NCBI GenBank assembly: GCA_048498555.1
Contig: JBEHXT010000002.1
Span: forward strand, 139,075 to 203,074
Source: Bacteroidota bacterium
GTDB taxonomy: Bacteria; Bacteroidota; Bacteroidia; Chitinophagales; Chitinophagaceae
DNA: 64,000 nt
Direction: 5' to 3'
Shown here piece after piece: positions 46,627 to 58,100 of the stretch (position 1 is the first letter of the stretch; the number at the start of each line of letters is the position of its first letter). The position numbers and the translations under genes were made by a program. The notes under the pieces were generated by a model that worked only from the letters and a program-made list of their open reading frames with translations, was not told the DNA's origin and ran no database searches.

Positions 46627-48708
46627 TTATTTAAACTCAGTATCAGCCACTTCGGTGTTTAATTTCATATCAGTCACATTCATTTCCATGTTCTGCTGTT
46701 GTTCGCCGACTTTTATTGTAAGATTAATCTTATAAGGCATCATCACATCATTTACCTTGCGATAATCTGATATTTCAATGATTTGTAAAAGGTTCATCCC
46801 GTTCGCTTCAATTGCCTGTTCTACTTTAACCAACAGATGCGTGTTTACGTCATAATACTCTGTTCTTGTTTTGCCAGCCGGCGTTGTTACGGTTACTACA
46901 TAAGCATCTTTACCATCCACTTTTTCTGTTTTACCACTTGCCAGTTTGTAATTGCCGCCGGTTACATAGTCAACCTGTTCAACAATATTCTGCTGTACTT
47001 TCTTTTCTTTTAATTCATCATCCGTATAAGGCATTTGGTTGGGCCCCTGGGCTCTATAACCCGTATTTCCGTCAAAAACTTCTTTGCTTACCACATTTCC
47101 GCCCATGCTTATTGTTCTCAGCGTTTTGTTGGGCGCTTTCTTCCATTCATCAACAGCAAGGTTCATACCCTGCATGCTCATGGTTGCTTTTGTTACTGTA
47201 GACTTGATGCTTTTAAGATTGTCGATTCCGCCAATTGCCACCAAAAAGTCATTCACAATTTTCTTTCCATCAGGAACTGCAATGTTTGCTGCCGCACCTG
47301 CTGCTACTGGTTTTGCGTACTTATCATAGTTGTTAACGGTATATCCCATTTTTTTCAGCCCGTCTTCAACCTGTGCAGCCTTACCTGTTACAATAATGCG
47401 CGCATTATTGATGGTGAAATATTTTTGAGCAGCTTTCTGTACATCAGCCGCAGTAACCGCATTTATTTTCTGTAAATAAGTCCTGTAAAAATCCTTCGGA
47501 AGATTGTTCAGCAGAATGTTTGTAGCAAACGTTGCAATGCGTGAAGCATTTTCCATGCCGAGCGCAAAGTTACCAGTGTACCATGTTTTCACCGCACTTA
47601 ACTCTTCTGCAGAAACGGGTGTTGTTCTGATGCGTTTAATTTCTTTTACAAATTCAGCTACGGCACTATCCGTTTTCTCATTACGTACGGAAGATGTAGC
47701 GGTGAATACTGTTTGAAAGCGGCCACCACTTATACCTGACCTCGCACCATAAGTAAAACCATGTTTCTCGCGAAGGTTCATATTAAGATAGCTGTTAAAA
47801 TCACCACCAAGGATCTGGTTTGCAATCAGTGTAGCAAAATAGTCAGGGCTGCTCATTGGCATGTTCACCAAATTGGCAACATTTATCTCAGACTGAACAG
47901 CATTGGGCACATCAACAAGATCAATTTCAGTAGCCGTAACATTCTTAACATTTGCAAGCTGAGGCAAGGTTAAAGCAGCACCACTCCATCCATTCAATGC
48001 TTTTTCTGCCAGGGCTTTTGCAGCTTCCGGCTTAATATCGCCTACAAAAGTGAGGAAGCCTCTTGAGGGTGTAATGTACTTGCCGTAGTATTGTTTTGCA
48101 TCATCCAATGTTAACTTTTGCACGCCATCTTCTGTGGCAAACTCACCAGCCGGATGATCAATGCCATACAGCAATGCATTGCCTGCACGTGCGGAAATAG
48201 CTTTTACGTTGCGCTCGTTAGATTTAAGGCTTGTGATGTATTGGGATTTAAGTTTATCAAAAGACTCGTCTTTAAACGCAGGATGCTGTAACGCATCAGT
48301 CATTAATAAAAATGCCTGGTCGAAATAACGGGTTAAAGCAGAAGCTGAACCGCCAGATGAATTCAGGTTTACATCTGCACCGATTTGATCTACTGCTTCA
48401 TCAAACTGGGCTTTGGTTTTAGAGGTCGTTCCCTCATTCAGCATCTGCCCCATCAGGTTCATAATACCGGCCTTGCTGCCTTCTTTTATCGGGCCGGCAT
48501 CAACAGTATATGTGGCTGTTACTTTAGGTAATTTATGATTCTCTACAACTAAAACCGTTATGCCATTAGCTAGTTTATAGGTAACAGGATCGGCTATTGT
48601 TATAACTGGTGCCGGCCCTGCCTTTGGCGGTTTAGAGCGATCGATTGTCTGCGCCTGAACAGACTGAATGAGAAAGGCTGCGGCTATATATAAAGTTATT
48701 TTTCGCAT
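46627..48708 (-). CDS. M16 family peptidase, non-catalytic subunit with a C-terminal extra domain
   Basis: Signal peptide; LREKHGFTYG motif; no HxxEH. Confidence 0.88.
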   Translation of the reverse strand: MRKITLYIAAAFLIQSVQAQTIDRSKPPKAGPAPVITIADPVTYKLANGITVLVVENHKLPKVTATYTVDAGPIKEGSKAGIMNLMGQMLNEGTTSKTKAQFDEAVDQIGADVNLNSSGGSASALTRYFDQAFLLMTDALQHPAFKDESFDKLKSQYITSLKSNERNVKAISARAGNALLYGIDHPAGEFATEDGVQKLTLDDAKQYYGKYITPSRGFLTFVGDIKPEAAKALAEKALNGWSGAALTLPQLANVKNVTATEIDLVDVPNAVQSEINVANLVNMPMSSPDYFATLIANQILGGDFNSYLNMNLREKHGFTYGARSGISGGRFQTVFTATSSVRNEKTDSAVAEFVKEIKRIRTTPVSAEELSAVKTWYTGNFALGMENASRIATFATNILLNNLPKDFYRTYLQKINAVTAADVQKAAQKYFTINNARIIVTGKAAQVEDGLKKMGYTVNNYDKYAKPVAAGAAANIAVPDGKKIVNDFLVAIGGIDNLKSIKSTVTKATMSMQGMNLAVDEWKKAPNKTLRTISMGGNVVSKEVFDGNTGYRAQGPNQMPYTDDELKEKKVQQNIVEQVDYVTGGNYKLASGKTEKVDGKDAYVVTVTTPAGKTRTEYYDVNTHLLVKVEQAIEANGMNLLQIIEISDYRKVNDVMMPYKINLTIKVGEQQQNMEMNVTDMKLNTEVADTEFK

Positions 48709-48740
48709 AATAATAAATAGTTTAAAGGTTACGATTGGAA

Positions 48741-50060
48741 TTACTGTTTAGCAGGTAAGTAATACAATACAACGCGCTGATTTTTGTTGAGATATTTCTT
48801 TGCAACATCCCTTATTTCTTCGCGTGTTATTTTGTGCACCTGGTCCAGCTCTTCGTTGATCTGGTTGGTATTCTTATTGTAAAATGTATAACCTTCTGCC
48901 AGATTTTCAGCAACACCAATTACCCTGCTGTTGGCGCTTACATAACCATTTTCAAACTGGTTCATTATTTTCTGATAGTCTGATTCACTGATGAGGTTCG
49001 TTTGCAGCGAGGCAACTTCCTCATCAATATCCTGCAATAACTGTGTTAATGGCGCATTGTTGTTTGGTAGTGCATAAGTAATATAAGCTCCGTAATCTTC
49101 CAGTGCGTAATTCAACGCGCCTACTTCCAAAGCATCTTTTTTATCATCCACCATTTTCTTATACAACTTTGAACTCGCGCCGCTGGATAAAATAGAAGAG
49201 ATTAAGCCAAGCACTTTTGAATCGTGCGTACTCATTCCAGGTGTACGATATGCAGCCATTATCGCAGGGATCTGGATGTTTGAATCGTAAACAGAGTCCA
49301 CGATTTCGTGTGCCAATGGCGGCTCCTGAATATGCGGTTGCTGTATATCAGCACCGCGCGGCACTGCATTAAAATATTGCTTAGCCAATGCTGTTGCTTT
49401 CTCTACATCAATATCTCCTGCAATACTTAGTACCGCGTTGTTAGGCACATAATATTTTTTGAAGAACGCTTTAAACTCATCAAGCTTAGCGGCATCCAGG
49501 TGTTCCATTGATCCGATTGTTTGCCAGCGATAGGGATGCTCGTTAAATAATCGCCTAAAGATTTCATATGCAAATTTGCCGTAAGGCTGGTTATCCAGTC
49601 GTTGCCTTTTTTCTTCCTTCACCACTTCATTTTGTGTCTTTACACCAACTTCATTTATAACCGGATGCAGCATTCGCTCACTTTCCAGCCAAAGGCCAAG
49701 TTCGAGTTGATTAGATGGGAATACTTCGTAATAAAAGGTTCTGTCCTGTGTTGTGTTTGCATTGTTTTGACCGCCGTTTGATGAAACAATTTTCATAAAC
49801 GTGCCTCTCTTTATGTTGTCTGTCCCTTCAAAAAGTAAGTGTTCAAAGAAGTGCGCAAAACCGGTACGTGCCGAGTCTTCATTTTTTGAACCTACGTGAT
49901 ACATAACGGAAACAGCCACAACGGGAGCTGTTTTATCCTGGTGTAGTATTACATGCAGGCCGTTATCCAGGTCAAACTCTTTGTATTGCACTTTCTGTGC
50001 ATTTACAAAAGCCGCTGTAAACAGAAGCGCTGCAGTAAGTTTAAAACTTTTTTTTCTCAT
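48741..50060 (-). CDS. M16 family zinc peptidase, catalytic subunit
   Basis: LDNGLHV, GFAHFFEHL (HxxEH) and NANTTQDRT. Confidence 0.93.
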   Translation of the reverse strand: MRKKSFKLTAALLFTAAFVNAQKVQYKEFDLDNGLHVILHQDKTAPVVAVSVMYHVGSKNEDSARTGFAHFFEHLLFEGTDNIKRGTFMKIVSSNGGQNNANTTQDRTFYYEVFPSNQLELGLWLESERMLHPVINEVGVKTQNEVVKEEKRQRLDNQPYGKFAYEIFRRLFNEHPYRWQTIGSMEHLDAAKLDEFKAFFKKYYVPNNAVLSIAGDIDVEKATALAKQYFNAVPRGADIQQPHIQEPPLAHEIVDSVYDSNIQIPAIMAAYRTPGMSTHDSKVLGLISSILSSGASSKLYKKMVDDKKDALEVGALNYALEDYGAYITYALPNNNAPLTQLLQDIDEEVASLQTNLISESDYQKIMNQFENGYVSANSRVIGVAENLAEGYTFYNKNTNQINEELDQVHKITREEIRDVAKKYLNKNQRVVLYYLPAKQ

Positions 50061-50201
50061 TCATTATTCGTTTTTATTGTTAGAGTATAGAGCATAAGAA
50101 TTTCCAACTCCATGAAAATAAGCTTTTTGCAATTTCCGCATAAAAAAACACCGAAGCCTTTACAGCCCGGTGTTTTTCATAAAAAATTATACAGAATACA
50201 A

Positions 50202-51704
50202 TTATTGATTGACGAACGGCTGCAATGCTTCGGCAATTTTTCTGTCATTGCTCAGCCGTGGCAGCTTGTTTTGCCCACCCAGCTTACCGATGGATTTCAT
50301 ATAATCAATAAATCCATTTTTTACTATCGGTGTAATCTTCAGTTTTTGCAATATGTTTCCGCTTATTAAATCGTCGTAGTAAACGTTTTTTTGCCTGAGG
50401 TTATTATCAACTTTTTCAATAAAGCCCTGCATATCAGCCGGCGCATGCTCAAATTCAATAAACCACTCGTGGTAACTTTTTCCCTCACCCTGCTCAACCA
50501 TTGGCGCTACAGTAAACTCAATGATTTTTACGTTCTCTTCATTAGCGGCTTTCATCAGGGCCTGTTCTACTTCCTCACCAATAACATGCTCGCCAAAAGC
50601 GGATATATAATGTTTTGTTCTGCCCGTAACTACGAGACGGTAGGGTTTTGTGCTGACAAACTTAACAGTATCACCTATGTTGTAAGCCCAAAGCCCGGCG
50701 TTATTATTAATAATAAGCGCATAATTTTCTCCCACCTTCACGTCTTTTAGCGACAGACGGGTAGGGTTTTCATTAAAGATCTCTCCTGCCGGAACAAATT
50801 CAAAAAAGATTCCGGAGTCGGTATTCAATAATAATCCTTCTGCATTTTGTGAATCCTGGAAAGCAAAGAATCCTTCACTAGCCGGGAACGTTTCAATAGA
50901 GTCTATCTTCTTTCCAATTGTATCAAACAACTTGGCTCTGTAAGGTTCAAAATTTACGCCACCGTAAACCATTACTGAAAAGTTGGGGAACAGGTCCGCA
51001 ATTTTCTTTCCGCTGATTTGCGTAAGCCTGTCGAAGTACATTTGCATCCATGGTGGAATACCGCTAATCAAAGCCATATCCTCATTAATGGTCTGCTGAA
51101 CAATTTTATCCAGTTTGGTCTCCCAATCCTCAATACAATTGGTTTCGTAATCCGGAAGTTGATTACTTCTTAAATATTTTGGTACATGATGGTTTACAAT
51201 ACCACTTAAGCGGCCTGTAGGAACTCCACCAACTCTATCTAGCTCAGGCGAACCGCTCAAAAAAATCATTTTCCCTTCGGTAAATTCAGCGTTGCCACTT
51301 TCTGCGATATAGCATAGTAAGGCATTTCGGGCCGAATCAATATGGTTGGAGATTGATTCTTTACTGATCGGAATGTATTTTACACCACTTGTTGTGCCGC
51401 TGGTTTTAGCAAAATAGATGGGCTTTCCTTTCCATAAAATATTCGCCTGCCCTTGTTTTACTTTACTGATGTAACTTTTAATCTGCTCGTAATCACGTAT
51501 TGGAACCTGCTTTTTATAGTCATCGTAGGTTTTAATATTTTCAAACCCGTGGTCTTTTCCAAACTCGGTGTCTTTCGCTGTTTTAATAAGATCTTTAAAG
51601 ATCGCCTCCTGATCTGCCACTGCGGTCTCCATCCCCTTCTTAATCCTGTTATATATATATCCGGCAAACGGCTTCGCTAGTAAAGATTTTAAATTCATAG
51701 TCAA
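50202..51704 (-). CDS. GH3 auxin-responsive-family acyl-adenylate protein
   Basis: FAKTSGTTSG, FPASEG and YNIGD motifs. Confidence 0.92.
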   Translation of the reverse strand: MTMNLKSLLAKPFAGYIYNRIKKGMETAVADQEAIFKDLIKTAKDTEFGKDHGFENIKTYDDYKKQVPIRDYEQIKSYISKVKQGQANILWKGKPIYFAKTSGTTSGVKYIPISKESISNHIDSARNALLCYIAESGNAEFTEGKMIFLSGSPELDRVGGVPTGRLSGIVNHHVPKYLRSNQLPDYETNCIEDWETKLDKIVQQTINEDMALISGIPPWMQMYFDRLTQISGKKIADLFPNFSVMVYGGVNFEPYRAKLFDTIGKKIDSIETFPASEGFFAFQDSQNAEGLLLNTDSGIFFEFVPAGEIFNENPTRLSLKDVKVGENYALIINNNAGLWAYNIGDTVKFVSTKPYRLVVTGRTKHYISAFGEHVIGEEVEQALMKAANEENVKIIEFTVAPMVEQGEGKSYHEWFIEFEHAPADMQGFIEKVDNNLRQKNVYYDDLISGNILQKLKITPIVKNGFIDYMKSIGKLGGQNKLPRLSNDRKIAEALQPFVNQ

Positions 51705-51980
51705 GTATTGATTGGGGATAACAAAAATAGGCGCATAAAAGGGAAAAAAGTCAATTGAGATAAGCCAAAAATCAAAAGTAAAAAGTCAAAACGCTGAAAA
51801 CCTGAATTACGTTAGCTTTTGAGAATTTAGCCATGCTATTTATCTTTGATATAAGCATGTTTTAGACATTGGAGATTGAGAATAAACTCATCTGGCCATT
51901 CGAAAAAACGTTCAATTTCAAGAAGATAGGGATTAGAATCAGGTAATTTTGTGCCGGGAAGTAAATTTTTTTAAAAATCC

Positions 51981-52012
51981 TTGCCTTATTCCATTGTAAA
52001 ACCTTACCTTTG
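51981..52012 (+). promoter_or_regulatory. Bacteroidota sigma-70 promoter of rplU-rpmA
   Basis: TTG at 51981, 21-nt spacer, TACCTTTG at 52005-52012. Confidence 0.7.
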
Positions 52013-52034
52013 CCGTCCTAATTTTGGATAAGCC

Positions 52035-52340
52035 ATGTTCGCAGTCGTAAAAATCGCAGGTCAGCAATTTAGAGTACAGGAAGGTCAAAGCCTGTATGTT
52101 CCTCACCTGCAAGCAAAAAGTGGAGATAAAGTTGAGTTCAGCGAAGTATTGTTAGTTGATAATAACGGCAATCTTTCTGTTGGAGCTGACGTTAAAGCTG
52201 TAGTAAAAGCTGAAGTTTTGAATGAATTTGTGCAGGATGATAAAGTGATCGCATTCAAAATGAAAAGAAGAAAAGGCTTCCGTAAAAAACACGGGCACAG
52301 AACTCAATTCACTCAAATTAAAATTGAAAGCATCGCTTAG
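52035..52340 (+). CDS. rplU: 50S ribosomal protein L21
   Basis: MFAVVKIAGQQFRV...KRRKGFRKKHGHRTQFT. Confidence 0.98.
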   Translation: MFAVVKIAGQQFRVQEGQSLYVPHLQAKSGDKVEFSEVLLVDNNGNLSVGADVKAVVKAEVLNEFVQDDKVIAFKMKRRKGFRKKHGHRTQFTQIKIESIA

Positions 52341-52382
52341 TAAGAGCGAAGCAACAAGTAATTAACATCAAACTCATTTACT

Positions 52383-52649
52383 ATGGCTCACAAAAAAGGT
52401 GAAGGTAGTGTAAAAAACGGCCGTGATTCACAAAGTAAACGTTTAGGAGTAAAGATATACGGTGGCCAGCCTGCTATTGCTGGTAACATCATCGTTCGCC
52501 AGCGCGGAACGGTTTATCATCCTGGTAAAAACATTGGCGTAGGAAGAGACTACACACTGTTTGCACTTACAGATGGTATCGTTGAATTCAGAAAAACTAC
52601 TGCCAATAAAACTGTAGTTTCTGTTACGCCTGCGGAAGCAACAGCTTAA
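52383..52649 (+). CDS. rpmA: 50S ribosomal protein L27
   Basis: [24 protein letters not shown]. Confidence 0.98.
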   Translation: MAHKKGEGSVKNGRDSQSKRLGVKIYGGQPAIAGNIIVRQRGTVYHPGKNIGVGRDYTLFALTDGIVEFRKTTANKTVVSVTPAEATA

Positions 52650-52719
52650 TTCCTAAAAAAATTTGGCAGTTCCCATAAAACATTTAATTTTATGCAATAT
52701 TTACTAACCATTAAATTAA

Positions 52720-52953
52720 ATGAACATGGCAACTGCAAAAAAAGCTGCTCCTAAAAAAGCTGCTGCAAAGAAAGCTGCTCCTAAAAAAGCTGCTGCAAAG
52801 AAAGCCGCTCCTAAAAAAGCTGCTGTAAAAAAAGCTGCTCCTAAAAAAGCTGCTGTAAAGAAAGCTGCTCCTAAAAAAGCTGCCGTAAAGAAAGCTGCTC
52901 CTAAAAAGGCTGCTGCTAAAAAAGCTGCTCCTAAAAAAGCCGCTAAAAAGTAA
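52720..52953 (+). CDS. Histone H1-like Lys/Ala/Pro repeat protein
   Basis: (KKAAPKKAAx) repeats encoded by a 30-bp tandem repeat; followed by a hairpin and T-tract at ~52982-53010. Confidence 0.85.
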   Translation: MNMATAKKAAPKKAAAKKAAPKKAAAKKAAPKKAAVKKAAPKKAAVKKAAPKKAAVKKAAPKKAAAKKAAPKKAAKK

Positions 52954-53272
52954 GCTTATAACAAGCTCAAATACTTAAAGGTCCCGGGATAATATCCTGG
53001 GATTTTTTTTGCTTAAACCACGGAGACACAACGCCACAAAGAAACACGGAAGAATCGACATTCGGAATTCGCGTCTGAAATACTGTATTCGCCTAAGCTG
53101 CTTTATACTGCTAAGCAACCCCTTCTTGCCAATCTCAGTTCTATATTCTCTTTTCCTTTCAACAACAACTTTCCTATTTTTGGGACTAACATTTAGTACC
53201 AACAATTACCAACAAGAAACATTAGCTTATTTCTGAGAGCTAATAGCTAATACCTTTCTTAACTCTATAACA

Positions 53273-54949
53273 ATGGACAACTACGCAATTGCCGATAACT
53301 TCTCCATGCTTTCCAAACTAATGGATATACATGGCGAAAACAGTTTTAAATCGAAGTCTTATTCAGTGGCTGCATTTACCATTGAAAAATTACCGATGCA
53401 ACTGGCGGAAATACCGCAGGACAAAATCTTTTCTATAAAAGGCATCGGAGAAAGTGTTGGCCAGAAAATTATTGAACAGCTGCAAAAAGGCACATTGCCC
53501 TTACTGGATGAATATGTAACCCGCACTCCGGCCGGCATAATAGAAATGCTGAACATAAAGGGCATTGGCCCTAAAAAGATCTCAACAATATGGAAGGAGT
53601 TGGAAGTTGAGAGCCTGGGTGAGCTTTTGTACGCATGCAATGAAAACAGGCTTACTTTATACAAAGGCTTTGGCGAGAAGACGCAGAAAAACATTAAAGA
53701 ATCTATTGAGTTTTACATGGGTAATAAGGGAAGTTACCTGTACGCTCAAATTGAGTCTTATGCCACAGCGGTAGAAAATAAAATGCATGATGCATTTGCC
53801 GGAAGTTTATTCTTGCCTACCGGCGATATGAGAAGGCACATTGAAATTATTACCAAATTAGAATGGGTTACAGATCGGCCTTTAGCTGGGCTTCAGGATT
53901 ATTTTGAAAAGAATAATTTTTCAACTGTTACGCAATCTGACGAACAAATATCTTTCACAGGTGAAGAGCATGTTGAGTTGGTTTTCTATTACTCTGCTAA
54001 AGAAGAAGTTTACTTAAAACAATTTATTACAAGCTGTAGTGAAAGCTTTCTTACCGAATGGGCAGAACAAGGTTTGTTTGATAAAACTAAAACCTATGGC
54101 TCCGAAGAAGAAATATTCACAACTGCGGGCATTGATTATATTCAGCCCAATTTAAGAGAAACCGCAACAATAATACACAAGGCGCAGCAACATGCCTTGC
54201 CTGTAGTTATTGAGCCTGGTGATATTACAGCTATTATACACAGCCATAGCAAATGGAGCGACGGTGTAAACAGCGTTGAAGAAATGGCTAACGAAGCGAT
54301 AAGGCTGGGCTTGCAATATCTTGTTATAAGCGACCACTCCAAAACCGCTTTCTACGCAAATGGCTTAACTGAAGAACGCCTTATTGCACAACACGGAGAG
54401 GTTGATGAATTGAATAAAAAACTGACGCCTTTTAAAATTTTCAAAAGCATTGAGTCTGACATATTAAATGATGGCAGCCTCGACTATGCGAACGAAGTGC
54501 TTAATACATTTGACATTGTGATTGCATCGGTTCACTCAAACTTAAAAATGACCGAAGAAAAGGCTATGATGCGCCTTCTAAAGGCGATCGAAAATCCTTA
54601 CACCAGTATTCTTGGCCACATGACCGGCAGGCTCCTGCTTAGCCGCAATGGCTATCCCGTTGATCATAAAAAAATCATTGAAGCATGCGCAGCCAACAAT
54701 GTAGTAATTGAATTAAATGCGCACCCAAGAAGGCTTGACATGGATTGGAGATGGATTGACTACGCGCTTGAAAAAAATGTACTCATTTCAATTGATCCGG
54801 ACGCACACAGCATAGAAGGATTTGCAGATACCAAGTATGGTGTACTTGCTGCACAAAAAGCCGGACTTACAAAAACCAAAAACCTGAGTAGTTTTTCACT
54901 AGCCGAATTTGAAAAATTTGTTGAAGAACAAAAAAAGAAAAGGCCGTAA
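53273..54949 (+). CDS. polX: DNA polymerase X/PHP family protein
   Basis: N-terminal HhH motifs (GIGESVG, GIGPKK, GFGEKT); PHP motifs HSHS, SDHS, ESD, GHMTGR and IDPDAH. Confidence 0.9.
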   Translation: MDNYAIADNFSMLSKLMDIHGENSFKSKSYSVAAFTIEKLPMQLAEIPQDKIFSIKGIGESVGQKIIEQLQKGTLPLLDEYVTRTPAGIIEMLNIKGIGPKKISTIWKELEVESLGELLYACNENRLTLYKGFGEKTQKNIKESIEFYMGNKGSYLYAQIESYATAVENKMHDAFAGSLFLPTGDMRRHIEIITKLEWVTDRPLAGLQDYFEKNNFSTVTQSDEQISFTGEEHVELVFYYSAKEEVYLKQFITSCSESFLTEWAEQGLFDKTKTYGSEEEIFTTAGIDYIQPNLRETATIIHKAQQHALPVVIEPGDITAIIHSHSKWSDGVNSVEEMANEAIRLGLQYLVISDHSKTAFYANGLTEERLIAQHGEVDELNKKLTPFKIFKSIESDILNDGSLDYANEVLNTFDIVIASVHSNLKMTEEKAMMRLLKAIENPYTSILGHMTGRLLLSRNGYPVDHKKIIEACAANNVVIELNAHPRRLDMDWRWIDYALEKNVLISIDPDAHSIEGFADTKYGVLAAQKAGLTKTKNLSSFSLAEFEKFVEEQKKKRP

Positions 54950-54986
54950 GATTTGTAACTCCAGTAATAAAATAAGATAACAAGAA

Positions 54987-55031
54987 AAGGCCGTTGTATG
55001 AATCATAATTCATGATTCATACAACGGCCTT
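54987..55031. terminator. 20-bp perfect inverted repeat between convergent genes (probable bidirectional terminator)
   Basis: AAGGCCGTTGTATGAATCAT-AATTC-ATGATTCATACAACGGCCTT. Confidence 0.7.
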
Positions 55032-55067
55032 CTTCAAGAAGAATATCTAAACATATAAGCCTCATTA

Positions 55068-55137
55068 CACCTGATACCTCACACCTGATACCTCACACCT
55101 TACACCTTACACCTCTTACCTCGCATGTCACACCTCC
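55068..55137. repeat. Heptamer tandem array (YACCTNN, ~10 units)
   Basis: CACCTGA TACCTCA CACCTGA TACCTCA CACCTTA CACCTTA CACCTCT TACCTCG... Confidence 0.8.
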
Positions 55138-58100
55138 ACCAGTTCATCACTCAACGGGATAGATACATAAAACGTAGTACCGATGCTTTCCTGTGTTTCG
55201 AACCAGATATGCCCGTTTGCTTTTTCTACAATGGCTTTACAGATTGCAAGGCCCAGGCCCGTTCCTGAAGATTTTGTAGTAAAATTAGGCACAAAGATTT
55301 TGGGTTGCATATCTGGAGGGATACCTACGCCATAATCTTGTATGGCGATGATGGCAAACCCATCGCTGGCATACTGGCGGATCATAATCCTTACAGGATT
55401 ATTTTCCATTGATGCTTCTATTGCATTTTTAATCAGGTTGGTAAAAAGCCTGTTGAGTTGAACTTTATCCGCATTGATAAAATATTCAGCATCTTCCCTA
55501 TCCCACAAAATATAAAGACGGCTATCGGTTTTATACAGGCTAATTACAGACTGTAACACATCCGTAATATCAAAACGCTCAACTAACATGTTGCTGCCAA
55601 TGTTAGCGAATTGAGAGAAGTCGCCCGCGATTTTGGTCAACTGTTCAATCTGCTCAATCAACGTATCTGCTACGCGCTTCGACAATTCTTTTACGTTTGC
55701 AGCATTGTTATCAATCGCCTTTTGCAGGTATTGAATGCTCAGCTTCATGGGCGTAAGCGGGTTCTTAATTTCATGCGCAACCTGCCTTGCCATCTCACGC
55801 CATGCATCCTCTCTTTCGCTTTGTGCAAGCGCGTGGGCACTCTCTTCCAGCTTATGCACCATTTTATTATACTCCTTAACCAATACACCTATCTCATCAT
55901 TTCTGTTCCATACAATCTCTTCATTAAGTTTACGCAGATTAATTTCTTTCATCCTGTTTGAAATAAACAAGAATGAAGCAGTAATCCTGTTCGTCAATAA
56001 CATCGCGATCGCTCCTGCCAGCAGGAAGATGAATGCATTGAGGCTTATTAGCGTTACAAGGAAATTTGAGATTTCCTGGTTCAACTCACTTTCAGTATTG
56101 AGGTAAGGAATATTCAGATATGCGATAACATCACCATTTGTTTCCCGAATCGGAATATAAGCACTGAGATAGGTAAAGTTGCCGATGGCTTCATCCTGTA
56201 CGTACACCAATCGTCTATCGTACCGCAGATTGTAAAATGCAGCGGGTTGCATTTTATTACTCATAATCTGCTTGCTATAAATCATCGGTTGAGTAGACGC
56301 CCTTAAATTCCCTGACTTATCATAAATATTTACTTCAGCATTGTGCTCTTCAGAAATACTAATTACAGTTTTCTCCAGTGCACCATTCGGGCTGTTCAAG
56401 GCATTATCGGTTGCTTCAACAACATCTTCAAACATCAAAGGATTCTTAATCCGCTTTTCAACTTCATTCGCAATAACCTGTATGTTTTTTGACAGCCGTT
56501 CGCGGTTATTCCTGTCATATCTCGATATAAAAAAAGATATGGTAACAATACCAATTACTATAAATGAAAACAGGCTGATGAAAATAATGGTCGATTGTAT
56601 TTGTGTGCGAATATTAAAGTTGAAGATCGACCGGATATTTTTCCATTGAAATTGCGACCTGAAAACAATTACGCAAAAATGAAAAAGCACTACTGCCACA
56701 ATAAATGTTGTAAACACGTAGGCAAAAAATGTAAGTGACTCCGCAAACCAGTTGTTCTTTTTAACCAGCACAACAATTTTAGCCTTCCCTGCATCGTACC
56801 ACAATTCGCTGTTATCGCCTCTCTTCCTTAACTCAAATTCCAGGCTGGGCAACTGCTTTTTGGTGAGTGTATCAGACAGGCTATAGTCGTTATAGTTCGC
56901 TATTAATTTTTGCTTGCTGTATAGTGCGTAAGAGTACCCGCTGGCAATCTCTGTACTTATGTTATTTTCCTGCCTGAACAGTTCGGGAAAAAGAGATTCA
57001 CTTCGATACAGCTTGGGACGGGCTACAATAAACAAATAGCCTATGGATGTATCAAACCTGTTTTTTATTTCATGCTCATATATATAGGTGAATTTCTCAG
57101 CCATATTTTCATAGTAATACAGGTCAGGTATCCGTGTTTCTTTTCCTCTGTTATGCAAAATTGAAGACAGTGCATAGTAAGAAACTGAATCATCATTATA
57201 CAAAGGGTTCGCGCTACTGTCGAATGTGTAAATGCGCGTATCATACTTGCTGAGGTATCCTGAAAAATTCTCTTTTAATAAACTGTCTTTAAAACGGCGG
57301 TTGACAGCTTCATTGTTTAATGAGCTAAAATCGGAACTGTCAAATGCTTTTGAAAAGTCCGTGGTAGCAAAGCTGAACAGGTTTTCACCCTGCGGATCGG
57401 TTTGCAACGCCAGGCGCTCTGCGGTGGCACGCCGTTTTTTCATTTCTACCTGGGAATTCTGGGTAATTACCAGCAATGTTATAGATGCTGAAAAGAATAT
57501 AACCCAAAATAAAAAGAACGAGGACCTGATAATCCTTATGGTGTAATCATTGCTTCTTACTTCCATCAACATAAGAAATACTGCCAGCCAAAGCAGCGTA
57601 ATAATCTTCAGATCAATAGAGCCGGCATGGATATTCATCATAATATACAGCAGGCCAAACACAGTTATCACGCATAACCTTACAAACAGGGAATACTTCA
57701 TGCGGATGGCAGGAAGTAGCAGAAGATGAGAAAGATTATAATAGCAAAGAATGATAAGGCACAGCACCAGGAAACTGATCACCGTATAAATATTCAAACT
57801 GAAAAAGTTGGTAACATCAAACGAAATGGTTGAGTCAACAACAAGTGTCCTGATCAGTTCAACAAATTCATAAGTAGTTACGGGAAGCAAACACAGGCAT
57901 GTTATTGACAGCACATGCGTCCATTTTTTGTTCCCGGAAAAAGGCGTTTTCCAGAGTTTGAGATTATTGTATTTTATGAATGCGATGATCCAGAAAAGCA
58001 AAGTAATGTTGATCAATAAATCCCCCAACGATTTATTGATACTATTGGATGCGTAAATACCCGAAAAGAACAAAGAATAATTCCTGAAGTGGAATGGAAA

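Noticed and set aside
52740-52950. 30-bp tandem repeats as a CRISPR array
   Set aside because: There are no unique spacers, the repeats are in-frame protein repeats, and no cas genes are present.
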